A stretch of 64,000 nucleotides of DNA from Anthoceros angustus (taxonomy: Eukaryota > Plantae > Anthocerotophyta). The notes under the pieces are model-generated. The model was not told where the DNA came from. It did not search any database and worked only from the letters and a program-made list of their open reading frames with translations. This document shows, piece after piece, positions 1-13,670 of the stretch (position 1 is its first letter; every line of letters starts with the position of its first letter). The position numbers and the translations under genes were made by a program. The stretch lies in assembly GCA_010909165.1 (NCBI GenBank), contig VJWM01000106.1, positions 62,001-126,000 of the forward strand, given 5' to 3'.

Positions 1-3000
1 CCTCAACAGCACGCAATGAGGCCCGCATGAAAAAGTTCGATGGTGGTGCTTGCAACCCTTATGGCCGGGAGGTGCCACAGAGATTCGCAAGTCTTTCAAA
101 TTGAGGTGGGGAGTTCTTCCATCAAACGTGAGGTGGAATGGTGCCTTGTCCACGGAGTTGAGAATGTGAAGTCACTCGTGATGCACGCAAAGCAAAGACC
201 TGAGGACTTCAATTGGGGAAGGTTTGCTAACTGCATGCACCGCAAATACTTTGCCATACCACGCAAGTTGGGTCAATTCGATGTCCTATCATGAGTAGTC
301 ATTGGTTGGTTTTCGTGGGACATAGAGGAGAATGTTATCAGACGGACTTGAGTGTGGCACAATGCAGATCGATGGAGGGGCTGTGTGTTCCTAGACACAT
401 AAGTGGACCACAGTTTGGGGGCAGAACCACTTCACCACCCCCAGCAGAAGCCACTAGGAGAATAACCCGGGCTCGACACGGAATTGTTAGCAATTTATCA
501 AGACGCTCATTTGCTTCATGATGGAATCAATTTTAATGCACATTGTCACTCATCGGTGCCTTGTTGCGTGATTAAGTCCGTGAACCTGGCCCATCTCGAG
601 CGAGGTTAGTGGCAAAGTTGGCAATCGTGGCTATGCATGGGCCTATCGCTGCTAGCATTGTGGCTGTGGTGGTCAATTATTGTTTTAATGCGGTGTGATT
701 GCGAATCTTTGTGCCCAATCGAGAGGGAGGCCCCATTGAAGCGAAGACGAACGGCCCCAAGCGGCGTGGGGATGGAGAAGAGGGTGTAGAGGAAAAGAAT
801 AAGCGAAGGAAGAACAAAGGGCCCCAATATCTTTGGACCGGTATGCCTCGTAATATGACGACCGGTATGCGTGGCTTTGCTAGTCGATGGTGCGCTGCAC
901 GAGCATCGACTGCAAACGTGCCTCCCTCTGCAAACGACGTTGGGTATCCGAGTCAATGAGTGTCCAGACCACTGCGAGGACGATTAGCTTGGTGGTGGAT
1001 AATATGACCTTTTAAATTGTTGTAGGCCATTCATTTATAACGAGGTCTACACCGGGTTACCTCTAAGGTTAATCCATATTTACAATTGTGGTAATTTGCA
1101 AATGGCGGAGTCATCAATTTGAATTTGAAAATGAAGTCTCCGAGCATAACGACGTGGTTTACAAACCGCACTGGCTGACTAGATTCATCCTTCACGACCA
1201 ATCGCGACAATACACGGAAAATGCAAATAGTGTGATGGGCGGCCCCACGCATGCATCTTCACTGGCCGATCGTGTGTGTGTAAAGACGGCGCTACCGCTG
1301 TCTCGTAGCGCCGTTTCACAAGGTGGGCACGTGCCTTTTGCCAAGAACGGAAAATGTGGCACACCGGCATAGTTGGACGAAATTCCACCGGTCGGGATGA
1401 GCGGGCCGGGGATCCCACCACTCCACTAATGGTTGAGCCGTCACTTGTCCCGGTTTGGACAACTTCCGGTTCCGTCACGGTGGGGCCCACCCACCCTAGT
1501 CGGTCAATGGCCACCGCTACCCTGTGCATCGTCAAGGAGATTCGATCCAAAACCGGCCGGGCCAAACGCTACATAATTCTCGAATATGATGTGTTTTGAA
1601 TGACGCCAAAAAACGTTTCGACAAACCGAGGCGTTATTGTTTAGCCCTTGCCGTTATTTTAGCGTCTTTGTGCCATCATAAGGGTAGATGCAAGCTTGGT
1701 GTTCCATACAAGTGTGCAACGGATGCAACACGGTTTTTGTCCACATGTGGACATGTTATTGAAGGAAAAATTTTAAATATTGTAATTTTGATCCGAATGG
1801 CTTGAAACTTTTCAGCTAAGAGTCACCCAAATGTCGGTGGTACACAAAAATTCCAGCGCAAAATAAGTAGGATTAGGCTTTGAACTATATTCACGGGTAT
1901 TCCCTTTGAAGGTAGCATACGGACCACTAGATATGGTACAGTGAGTCCACATCAAAAACGGGGAGAGAATATCGTATCAAAATTTGAATGTGCGTGTAGA
2001 TGTTCTCTCTCTTAATGGAAGAGGGAGTCTAGTTTTGTCAAAGAGTTTACGGTGGGGAACTCACTTAACATTTAAAATTCAAACCCTCCATACCCTCTTC
2101 GCCAAGGAGATGATGGGGCGTAACCACTTCACCACCCCCAGCAGGCCACTAGGAGAATAACCCGGCTCGACACGGAATTTAGCAATTTATCAAGACGCTC
2201 ATTTGCTTCATGATGGAATCAATTTTAATGCACATTGTCACTCATCGGTGCCTTGTTGCGTGATTAAGTCCCGTGAACCGGGCTGGCCCATCTCGAGCGA
2301 GGTTAGTGGCAAAGTTGGCAATCGTGGCTATGCATGTTCAGCTGCTAGGCTGTGGTGGTCAATTATTGTTTTAATGCGGTGTGATTGCGAATCTTTGTGC
2401 CATCAAGAGGGAGGCCCCATTGAAGCGAAGATAAACGGCCCCAAGCGGCGTGGGGATGGAGAAGAGGGTGTAGAGGAAAAGAATAAGCGAAGGAAGAACA
2501 AAGGGCCCCAATATCTTTGGACGGTATGCCTCGTAATATGACGACTGGTATGCGTGGCTTTGCTAGTCGATGGTGCGCACTTTACGAGCATCGATCGCAA
2601 ACGTGCCTCCCTCGCAAACGACGCGTTGGGTATCCGAAATCAATGAGTGTCCGGACCAGCTGCGAGGACGATTAGCTTGGTGGTGGATAATATGACCTTT
2701 AAATTGTTGTAGGCCATTCATTTATAACGAGGTCTACACCGGTTACCTCTAAGGTTAATCCATATTTACAATTGTGGTAATTTGCAAATGGCGGAGTGCG
2801 CTCAATTTGAATTTGAAAATGAAGTCTCTCGAGCATAACCAGACGTGGTTTACAAACCGCACTGGCTGCAGCCTAGATTCATCCTTCACGACCAATCCGA
2901 CAATACACGGAAAATGCAAATAGTGTGATGGGCGGCCCCACGCATGCATCTTCACTGGCCGATCGTGTGTCATGACGGCTACCGCTGGCTCTGTAGGCCG

Positions 3001-3382
3001 TCACAAGGTGGGCACGTGCCTTTTGCCAAGAACGGAAAATGTGGCACACCGGCATAGTTGGACGAAATTCCACCGGTCGGGATGAGCGGGCCGGGGATCC
3101 CACCCGCCGTTCCACTAATGGTTGAGCCCGTCACTTGTCCCGGTTTGGACAACTTCCCGGTTCCGTTCGCCGGTGGGGCCCACCCACCCTAGTCGGTCAA
3201 TGGCCACCGGCTACCCCAGGCATCGTCAAGGGAGATTCGATCCAAAACCGGCTGGGCCAAACGCGTCATAATTCTCGAATATGATGTGTTTTGAATGACG
3301 CCGAAAAAAACGTTTTCGACAAACCGAGGGGCGTTATTGTTTAGCCCTTGCCGTTATTTTAGCGTCTTTTGTGCCATCATAA
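1..3382. mobile_element. Left arm of carrier element C (host of element A; true left end outside the window; partly duplicated)
   Basis: Joins to 13671 onward through the ATAA TSD of element A. Repeat-like, with only a degenerate ORF fragment at 1-300. Confidence 0.45.
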
Positions 3383-3825
3383 GGGTAGATGCAAGCTTTG
3401 GTGTTCCATACAAGTGTGCAACGGATGCAACACGGTTTTTTGTCCACATGTGGACATGTTATTGAAGGAAAAATTTTAAATATTGTAATTTTGATCCGAA
3501 TGGCTTGAAACTTTTCAGCTAAGAGTCACCCAAATGTCGGTGGTACACAAAAATTCCAGCGCAAAATAAGTAGGATTAGGCTTTGAACTATATTCACGGG
3601 TATTCCCTTTGAAGGTAGCATACGGACCACTAGATATGGTACAGTTGAGTCCACATCAAAAACGGGGAGAGAATATCGTATCAAAATTTGAATGTGCGTG
3701 TAGATGTTCTCTCTCTTAATGGAAGAGGGAGTCTAGTTTTGTCAAAGAGTTTACGGTGGGGAACTCACTTAACATTTAAAATTCAAACCCTCCATACCCT
3801 CTTCGCCAAGGAGATGATGGGGCGA
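425..3825. repeat. Tandem duplication, ~1.7 kb unit (425-2121 / 2122-3825), spanning the left end of element A
   Basis: Both copies start aaccacttcaccacccccagcag and end gccaaggagatgatggggcg. Junction microhomology ggggc..aacc. Confidence 0.9.
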
Positions 3826-4224
3826 AACCGCTCTCTCCGCTCCGATCCCGGAAGGCTGCGGTCGGCTCACAGACACTTGTCACAGATCCTAAGTGGTTTG
3901 CTTGGCAAACAACTCAAGAGATGGCTCCAACGCAACAACGGGCGATGCCGACCGGTCGTGCCAAGCACGCCGCTTGGAAGCGTCGTTGGAGATGGCGAGG
4001 GAGCTAAACATGCGTGGTGTGGCGATTGCCACTCCAAGTGCTCCTCACCCACCGGCTAGTAGAGTGGCTTGTCACCACGGTGGGGCAATGATCAACAAAC
4101 ACCAGCTCAACCAAGTGAACGGGACAATGATCAACAATGCGCGGAAGAATTGTTGCCATCTCACCTTTTCGTATTGTGCATCCGTGGTCTCAAGAAAATC
4201 AGTCAGAGGGACACATGAAGTTCG

Positions 4225-7200
4225 GTGGCACCCGCCGCGCATCATCACGCTTGTCGCCCGAAAGGTCAAGGCGGTGTCGAGCGCGAAGGAGTTGCTCGAC
4301 ACCTCCGGTTTAAGGGGAGCCCTCCGACGAAGGCTGCGGTTGCTCGGGAGTTAGGGTCCTTCTTTTGCGGAGGACTCGTCACTTTAGTGGGCGTGGAGGA
4401 GGAGGATTTTGAGGCGTTCTCTACACTTCGCATTCAAGAGATTTCAGCTAAGGGGAGGAAAGCCGGACTCGAAAAGCCACAAATCAAGCTCGAGAACATC
4501 AGTCGCTATGAGGAGTCTACAAGTGTGCAAGTTGCGGACAAGTTGAGAGCTCGGCAAACTTTTCATGAACATTGTTTTGTCCAAGGATGTCATGCAAGAA
4601 GCGGGCGGCTGCCATGGGGCGTGTTCGGGGTCAATAGGCGAGTTGTGGCGCGGCATGTGCAAACCCTTTGCCAATTGGACATCGCGAGCAGGGGCCACCA
4701 ATGGTGCGGTGCAGGCGGAAGGTTAGATCAGTTCCTTGAGCACAACTGTGAGGGATTTAATTGTCCAGTTTTGGGAGAACTCCTCACGCCCTTCCTCGAG
4801 CTCCAAGGATGCCAGGCGGCATCGGGTGGCCCCGTTTGTGTATCGTACGCATATCACGCACTTCCTCGATACCTCACAGGTGAGCGCAAGTTGGGGTTTC
4901 CTTCGTTGTTTACCACATCATGGGTTCTGTTGTGTGGCTGTGTAGCGCTTGTGGCTGCTGGTTGGTCTGTGTGGAAGATGGTCCTAGCGCTAGTGGAGTC
5001 CTATCCAACATTGTGGCCTGCAGCAGCGCTTTCACTCACTGTCACTCGGGTGCAGCTAACACTGTCTCACACTAACAGTTGCCAGTGTCTCACACTGCAT
5101 GGTGCCGATGCCACCTGTGCTATTCAAGATGTCGCCGGCACTTTGCGAGATTACACTTTTAGGACAGCTTCATCACTTGATGGGGTTCATTGTCACAATT
5201 TGAAGTTGGCACCATACGCCGACCATGCCGCAGCTTGAAGTGTCCGTTGCACTTGCGTTGTTCTACGTTCGATGTAGTCTCTTACACTTGTGGTCCCTTG
5301 TTGTTTTGTGATGCAGAGTTCTTCCTCCGATTCAAGTCGATCCCGAGATCAAGATAGGCCGCGTGCCTTTGAGAGGTTGAAACCCTTCTACATCAAATCC
5401 TTGCAGGAGGCGGGCGTGTGTTCTGCGGTATCACGTTGAAATGGCATTTCTAAAGGATGCTCTCAACCAGCTCCGCGTGTCCAATCAAAGGTTCACTTGA
5501 GATCTACATGCTCATGTCCTTGTCTTTGTGTGCCAAGGGAAGGTGCTTTTCGGACGATTGCGCGTTGCTAGGCTCGCTGGGTTCACGCATGTATTGTGCC
5601 CTAAAGCACATGACGATGAATTCCATAAGCGGAAGTGTTTAATGGGGAATTGCAATCTTTGTGGGGTTCAGAAGCTAGGGCTTTGTCCTCAGGAGGTCAC
5701 AACAAACTTGTTGCCGTCTGCTACATTGAAGTGGCGTTGTTTTGAATACCACCACGTTGGGCGAATGAAGACGGCACTTCCAAGTCTCGAATCAAGCTTG
5801 TATACTGAAACTCACCCGTCTCGAAATGGTAGAGTTCCTAAAAGGCAAGTTGAAACATTTCATCACCCATGATTTTGTTCAATGGCAAGCTTATGAGTTT
5901 CGCAGATGTCTAGAATGGTTTCGTGAGGATGTCATCGTCTCTGGTGATTGATTTCTCACAAAACTACGCCTTCCAAGTGCGAGCGAGATCCAAAGCATGC
6001 ATTGGCATGATGAGTTACAATTCTTGTGCATGTTTCAGATATGAGAACTGGTCCAATTGTGGAGGAGGACCCGTTTTGCAACGTTGAAAAGTTCTACCAT
6101 TTTACATCGATGACATGCAACATGACACCCTTTTGTCCAAAGATTGTCTCATGCTACACTGGGAGTGGTTGCTGGGCAGCGGTATAGGAGACCACGGAGC
6201 ATTGGATGTGGAGTGATGGGGCTGCTTCCAGTTCAAGGCCCGCCTAGTTACTTTGTAGCCGATACCTAGCCTAATGGCGGATGCAATATGCTTTGGAGTT
6301 ACTTCGGGTCAGGACACGGGAAGGGAGAACATGACGGCGCGGGTGCCATCTTGAAGCGGGCGTTGAGAGCTGAAGAATTGTCTCCTTCCTCAGTGAGATT
6401 GCAAGGGGCTGCTGATGTGGTCAGTTTTTTGCGTAGCTCAATCTCTAACGGTGCAGCATCCTCGTACACCAATGGTGAAAGGCAGGTCAAGCGGCTGTTC
6501 TGGCTGATTGGGAAGACGGATGTCAATAGGAGACAAAAGTGGGGGTGTGCCTCGATCCCAGGTTCCAAGAGCATGCACTCCATTTATGGGTATTCTCAAG
6601 ATGCTTTGAATCCACGGGTGAAAATGAGACACTTGGCTTGCTTTTGTGGGGCTTGCATGGACTATGCAAAGATGTGAAACAAAGGCTCATCAGGAATCGC
6701 GCCATATATCGTTAAAGCCTCGGCGGTCGGCGGCGAGAGAATAGCAACTCGACAACGATGTGGAACATCGTTGGTTGATGACCACGTTGAGACAGCCACA
6801 CAGATCCGGTCGGCGATGAGGAAGCCTCGAGGACCTCATATATGGCGGCTCGGAGGTAGGCGATAACTTTGTTGTGGCTGCGGACGGCAACGAAGGTGCA
6901 ACTTTCTACGGTTAGGTGCACGTTGCTTCCCACAAACGATGTGGCAAGAACATGTCCTTGGAGCCTTGTACTTTCCTCCCGGCGATGATATTGTAGTGGC
7001 CAATATTACGGGGCTTGAGCGACGGTCATGTTTACACCCTAGACCGGATGAAGCGAGTGCATACTCCTGCACGCACACTTGCAAGTTTGCACTCTTCCAA
7101 GTGCGTAACGAGATCCAAAGCATGCATTGGCATGTTGATCGTGTTACAATTCTTGTGCATGTTTTCATATGAGAACTGGTCCAATTGTGGAGGAGGACCC

Positions 7201-8260
7201 GTTTGCAACGTTGAAAAGTTCTACCATTTTACATCGATGACATGCAACATGACACCCTTTTGTCCAAAGATTGTCTCATGCTACACTGGGAGTGGTTGCT
7301 GGGCAGCGGTATAGGAGACCACGGAGCATTGGATGTGGAGTGATGGGGCTGCTTCCAGTTCAAGGCCCGCAGCCTAGTTACTTTGTAGCGATACCCTAGC
7401 CTAATCGGGATGCAATATGCTTTGGAGTTACTTGGTCGACACGGAAGGGAGAACATGACGCGGGTGCCATCTTGAAGCGGGCGTTGAGAGCTGAAGAATT
7501 GTCTCCTTCCTCGAGATTGCAAGGCCGATGGCCGGGTCACGTAGCTCAATCTCTAACGGCAAAGATCCTCATACACCAATGGTGAAAGGCGCGCTCGCTG
7601 ATTGGGAAGACGGATGTCAATAGGAGACAAAAGTGGGGTGTGCCTCGATCCTGTGTTCCAAGAGCATGCACTCCATTTATGGGTATTCTCAAGATGCTTT
7701 GAATCCACGGGTGAAAATGAGACACTTGGCTTGCTTTTGTGGGGCTTGCATGGACTATGCAAAGATGTGAAATAAAGGTTTCATCAGAGGAATCGCGCCA
7801 TATATCGTTAAAGAAGCTCGGCCGAGCGTGAGAATAGCAACTCGACAACGATGTGGAACATCGTTGGTTGATGACCACGTTGAGAGCCCACACCGATCCA
7901 GAGAACGGCGGCGAGGAAGCCTCGAGGACCTCATACATGGCCCTGAGGTAGGCGATAACTTTGTTGTGGCTGCGGAGACTACGAAGGTGCAACTTTCTAC
8001 GGTTAGGTGCACCGTTGCTTCCCACAAAGATGTGGCAAGAACATGTCCTTGGAGCCTTCGACTTTCCTCCTGATGATATTGTAGTGGGCCAATATTACTG
8101 TGGGGCTTGAGCGACGGTCATGTTTACACCCTAGACCGGATGAAGCGAGTGCATACTCCGCAACGGTGCACACTTGCAAGTTTGCACTCTTCCAGAGTGT
8201 TAGATGGTCGTGAGGTATTTGAGTTAGACCCGGACACTTTAGAGACGCCGTTGTCTTTAT
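4225..8260 (+). pseudogene. Sola2-type DDD transposase of element A (frameshifted, intron ~4880-5317, 3' part duplicated; ends approximate)
   Basis: Motifs FERLKPFYIKSLQE, YHVEMAFLKDALN, DFSQNYAFQV..EIQSMHW, DDMQHDT, WMWSDGAAS.FK, WSYFGSGHGKGEHDGAGAILKR, SMHSIYG, MRHLACFCGAC. Confidence 0.8.
5970..8195. repeat. Tandem duplication, ~1.12 kb unit, within transposase A
   Basis: ttccaagtgc...agatccaaagcatgcattggcatg at ~5971 and ~7096. Junction microhomology cttccaa. Confidence 0.9.
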
Positions 8261-8490
8261 AAGGTCCTTGTTAGGAAGGGGCATCGAGGAAGACCCACTG
8301 CTTTGATTAGGGCTAAATCGTGTCTGCACACTTGCAAGTTTGCACTCTTCCAAATGAGTGTTAGATGGTCGTGAGGTATTTGAGTTAGACCCACACTTTA
8401 GAGACGCTCGTGTCTTTATAAGGTCCTTGTTAGGAAGCCGAGGAAGACCCACTGCTTTGATTAGGGCTAAATCGTGTCTGGCACACTTGA
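8168..8490. repeat. Tandem duplication, ~160 bp unit
   Basis: gcacacttg at ~8168, ~8326 and ~8482 bounds two copies of ...gttagatggtcgtgaggtatttgagttagacc... Confidence 0.85.
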
Positions 8491-9425
8491 GGCTTGACGC
8501 CAATTTTCATGGCCGATGTGGTGTTGATGGCACTCCGGTTGCATGGGCCACAAAATGGGTACACCACTTGCCATGTCTAGTGCGCAGACACACCCAGTGT
8601 TGTTGCACACGAAGGCACTTGTGAACTTTTGACTTCACCGCCATGTCTTAGTAAAAGGGACCATTTGGAAAGAAGTCGCTTGGCTTCCTCTCAAGAAGAC
8701 CCGTCTTTAGTCCCGTGGTGTGAAGAGCCATGGCGTGGTGGCGGCGAGCGGGCGGAGAAAGAGGGACCCGAGAGTTGCGGCAATGGTAGGTGTGATGGCC
8801 CGCCACCTCGTGTCGATCCCTAGTGTGCAGGGATTCTTGAGCAAATAGCGCCGGGCGCAATTCGGTCGAGTGCGCGAGCGATGATCCGGCAAGGTCAGCG
8901 GACTTGAGCGTCTTCAGCGTACTGCGGCGCATGAGCAGGCGGTAATCACCGATTGGCGGACCAGAGGAGGATGACCCCGATGTGACTCCTCCGACGGAAC
9001 ACCTTACAAGCGCGGACACCTCCAGAAATCCACGTTGCCGATGGGGGGGCCATTCCGCATGTGACTCGTGAGGGTTGAGTCTCAAGCTATACTGTGATGG
9101 TAGCTTGCCCATGTGTGGTACCAGACGCATTTGCGTCGCATGTAATCGCACAACTTCACTGGTCTCTACATGTATCTATGTTTTCAATCTATCCGAGAGC
9201 GGCGTTGTGACATAGCGAAACCCCGCGAGCAATGGTGGCAATTTTAGATCTATATTTCGACAATCTCCGCAAGTTCCGCAACACTAGTTGCCTAAGGACT
9301 CAAAAGTGTGTCACTTGGACTTGGATCTAATTTCTTCATCCAATCAAAACCCGAGAAGGTACCCTGCATTGATTCAATGTTTGTGAGCATGACCAACGTA
9401 ATGTAGCGTGATCTACAACACGACT

Positions 9426-12400
9426 CTACTTAGGCCGATTTGTACAAGCAGCCTTTAACATTGCCGTTGTTCGGATCCATCCGAACAATGGCACCTCGTT
9501 CTTCTTGGGCTCCATCTTCTCTTGTTCCTCGAGGAGGAACTTCGTCGCTTTCACCAAGCTTGCACGCAAGACAACCGGTGCCCCTGCCCCCTCGCTCAAA
9601 AGCTCATATATACCGGCTCCACTGCGGTAGTAGTTGCCCTCACCTCGGTGCCCTTGGAAGAGGGTCACTATTCCACACGTCCTCTCGATGTAGGCGCTAG
9701 CTTGTGAACTCCCCGACGCACTTCGTGACATAGAAGTCAACTTTTCATCATTTTCAGCCTCACCCACCATGTAGTTGTCCCCGCTCCAATTCCCGCACAC
9801 TTGGGTCCACAGTTCGCTACCACCTTACACCGGGTTGGCCGTTTGGCTTAGTTGTTTTAATCGTTGCCCTCGCTTGATCCCCTTGTTCGTCCTCCCTCTC
9901 CGCTCGGTGGAGTGCAGTGGTGACGATGGAGTGACTGCAAGGGTCTTGGTGCTGGAGTCACTTGATTACTCTTCTCCTTCTTTGTGATGGCTCGGATCCG
10001 CCGACTCTATGTCTATTTCTAGTGTCCCCTTTGCCACCTCAAGTACCGTATCTGCCACAGGTGCCACTTGAAACGACACCAACTCGAGCTGCCTTGACTT
10101 CACATCTAGTGCAGCCGCCTGATCGGACACCAACTCCAGCTGCCTTGACTCCACATCTAGTGCAGCCGCCTGATCGGACACCAACTCCAGCGGCCTTGAC
10201 TCCACATCTAGTGGTGCTGTTTGACTTGACACCAGTTCCACATCTAGTGGTGCCACTTGATCTAGCACCAACCCCACATCTACTGGTGTCAGCTCATTAT
10301 CCACTACCCTAATACCCAGCTCGGGAGGCACCAAAGGAGCACCCTGTGATGGCATGTTGACCACACTGATGGCATGTTCTTCCATGGCATCGCCGCCTCT
10401 AGTGCTTCCATAGCCTCCATAACGTCCAGGCAAGGGGCTGGCTCTTCGGCAACAATCGACTCATCACGGATCCCGTGTCGCTCCCCACTTGTGGCGTCTC
10501 TCCACATGCACGGTCTCGGCTTCCTCACGAGGGGTAGCAACCCCAACCCCGTCCTCCGGGGTACACCGCAATGGATCCCAACGATCCTTGCCCGCGAGAA
10601 GGAGTCATGTTAAATAAACTGCGTATTCTGGCGAGAACACGAGACCCACTACTTAGAAGGGCGCTTCTCGTAGCATCAGGAGACAACACAAAGCCACGAT
10701 CATGTCAAATCATGGTCGAATGCACCTCAAGAATGACCGAAATCCAAATCAGAACATAGGTACTGGAGATGCGGTGGCGGGATGTCTTGGCGAACACGGC
10801 CGAACTTTATCCAACTGTGAGGAGTCGGGATCTTTCACTAGATTGAAGAAATCGGACTCCCATTCCTTAACGATTCGGTTTGCCACCCTTCATTTTCACG
10901 CTTGAGTTTGGCGTTGTCCAACCTTTTTCGGGGTCAACCGAGCACCACAGTCTTGAGGGCACAAGTGTTTGTCATGCGCTGCGCCGCACGGCTCGTGGTA
11001 CATGTGCCCACAAGACAACAACACTTGTTCACGAAGCCAAAGTATCGCAATATAGGGACAAAAGCCGTTAGCCTTGTTGAGAAAGTGATAGGCATCTTTA
11101 AAGAAAAATGATTGCAGACTACCTTGAGCAAATTGGACAGGCATTAACGGGGATGGTTAGGGCACTCCGCCTCTCCAAGGGTGCTGGAGCCCATCCGGTA
11201 CCTTGCCTGACCCTCCGTCACATCCACCACGCACTTTAATTGAAGTGCACTCAGTGCGTTGCGGCCGGTCAACCACGATTGCGCCTATCTTGCTCGTATG
11301 TCTTGATGCGCCTCTGGCTAGCTCCTCCACCTTCGCAATGCTCCTTCTCTAGACCATACAGTTCTTGAAGTTGTTGCCCTAGGTGATTCCTCGCCGCTCG
11401 AAGATCGGTGTATCCTCCACCTCTTGTATAACTTGATGCGCTCTTCCATCTCCTGTAAACTTTTCGAATATCGAACGCCACTTCCCCAAGCCGTTGCTTC
11501 TCCTCAATTAGGGGGCTTTTGCTGCTTTGGCATTGGCAGACAGTGTCCCACCCAAAGCAATTGCAGTTATTGCGTCCTCCGCTCCACGGGCGAGGTGCTC
11601 AGTCAGGAGCTCTTGCAGCTCCGTCTGCTGAGTTGAGGTTCCCGCACCTGTCGCACACACAACACGGGGTCATTAGGGGTGACACAATGCTCACACCACA
11701 TAGCATAGCTGTAGGAGGACACCACACCTACTGTGCCATGTGCCACAGACAGGGATGCCATGTGCCACAGGTAATACCCTAGCATGCTCTAGGCGTCTCC
11801 GAACTTGGACTGGTGCACATCAAGCGGTCATAAAGGCATGCCAAGTGACACCCTGTTACTGGCATGGAGTGACACTAAACGGACCGAGGCCACAGAACTT
11901 GTTCGATGGGCGATTGATGATTGTACCCAAAGGCGCACTCTAGAAATCAAATATCACAAGCATAAAGGCAACACCTGACGCACCACTCTTGTCCACTACA
12001 ACAAAAATGATGTAAGTACTTACCATGCCTATTCCTTGCTGTGCCCTCATGTACCACGAGATCGACTTGCGTGACACTCCATCTCCAAGCAATCCATTTG
12101 CCTTCACCTTCTCCACCTTTTCTCCTCCGTGTCTTGGCGTGCTTCTCAATGCCTTTCTGGCCATCTTGTACTTGTTCCGGTCTACCATGACACCTCCACC
12201 TTCTCCATTACAATACCAAGGCACATAAGGCGAGGATCCTTTTGCCATCTATGGAGGGCCTCACCCCATATATATGGTAGGCAGGTCGTCCACCTTCCTC
12301 CACTCTTCATTGGTCAACTCGGTTTGCTTCCACTTGTAGCCCTCGTTGCATGGAGCTCCAAACCAAGACCGGATTGCGCCGCCCTCCAACTCGATCTCGC

Positions 12401-13570
12401 AAGGCCCCTCGGCGGGTCTCGAACATTGCACCCTTGAGACCGTAGCTGTCCGCCACGTCTGCCACGACCGAGTAGTTAGGGGCCTTTTGGGAGATCCCGG
12501 ATGGCATCTATTACTCCTCCTCCTTAGCGCCCGCCGCTCCTCCCTTCTTGCTTCTTTGCGCACTCCTACTATTAGATCTCCCCATGCCTTGCTAGGTTGA
12601 GACTCTTCAACCTCACCCGGTGGCACTCTCACCGGACTCCTCGCTCTCGGTTTTATGAGGATTCCACCCGTTGCCTCGGAAAACATACCACCAGATCCCA
12701 CCCAAGATACATACCACCGACATAGCCACACACTTAGTCACTTGCACACAAGTAGTCGGCCTCTTTAGCCAAACATACATGTAGTCTCAAACACAAGTCA
12801 TCCATGCTCGAAGTGCAAGTCTTGAGCAAGGTGAGTAGTGCTCGCGTGCAAGTGGCGAGCACGGTCGCTGCGGCAAGGCGATTCGATGCTCTTGCTCGGC
12901 AATCGCTCTCGGCCGCAGCGTGCTCGGTAATGGACCAGGTCGAGGCCGAGCCTTGAAACGCAGCGTCGCGTGCACAATTGCGACTCCCTAGTTACATGCC
13001 GTCACCACACAAAACCCTCACAACAACCCTCCATATGCGCTCATGCCACAACAAACATGCAAACAAGCACTGTACACCACAACAACCATCCGTGCTTCAA
13101 TTGCAAAGCTTGCACGCAACACAAAAGTCTTGAAGCACACTAGGGGCTACACAAAAGCATAGCCACTGCGCAACCTCACACACTCAGAAACCGTAGTTCA
13201 GGCGACTCTACGACCGGTGGTATCGAGGCTCTCTCTGCTCCCTCTTGCATCCGAGCAAGAGCCCAATTCTTGGGAGGTGTTCCCGCCTTCAACATCGCCC
13301 GGTGAGCCGCTTCCTCAAAAAAGAGCTGGCTCGAGGCCACAGAGGCATGGCTTGCGAAGAAGCCCAAACACACCTTGTTGCTCCGCTTCCTCCCTTTGCC
13401 GCTCCAAGCGAGTGAGCGGGTGGGCGGGCGCTTCCAAAATCAGTGTCTCTGGGCGGAAGGACGAGTCGTGCTACCTTACTCCCGGGCGTGAAGATGGCGG
13501 CAGTGGCGCTAGTCATCTTCATGCTCATCGTATGCACATATTTGAATAAAGAAAGTGATCCAAACCACAA
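9426..13570 (-). pseudogene. Convergent minus-strand cargo gene(s) of element A, including a RING-H2-like finger, a 17-aa repeat and a transposase-C-terminus-like domain
   Basis: Chain of minus-strand ORF fragments. FCPY(C)...LLSCGHMYHEPC...CPQDC at ~10940-11065. LELVSDQAAALDVESRQ repeats. GDNYMV...ATKFLL at 9426-9800. Confidence 0.5.
10070..10290 (-). repeat. 51-bp coding minisatellite (about 3 good copies plus degenerate ones)
   Basis: Unit ccaactccagctgccttgactccacatctagtgcagccgcctgatcggaca. Confidence 0.85.
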
Positions 13571-13670
13571 GTCGAATGCGAAAAAAGATTACTTAACTTC
13601 GATCCGAATCGAGTGTTGCATGGGTCACTTATTTTTTGATCACATTGTATACCATAGCTTGCTTTGACCC

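Larger units (their letters stand above)
3383..13670 (+). mobile_element. Element A: ~10.3 kb Sola2-like DNA transposon with imperfect TIRs and 4-bp TSD ATAA
   Basis: Left end gggtagatgcaagctttggtg at 3383 (duplicate at 1682), preceded by ataa. Right end taccatagcttgctttgaccc ends at 13670, followed by ataa. Encodes a Sola2-type transposase. Confidence 0.8.

Noticed and set aside
425-3825. 1.7 kb direct repeats as a pair of LTRs
   Set aside because: They are directly adjacent, lack TG...CA ends and a PBS, and span a DNA-transposon junction.
10070-10290. CRISPR-like array
   Set aside because: Contiguous 51-bp in-frame units without unique spacers, no cas genes, eukaryotic context.
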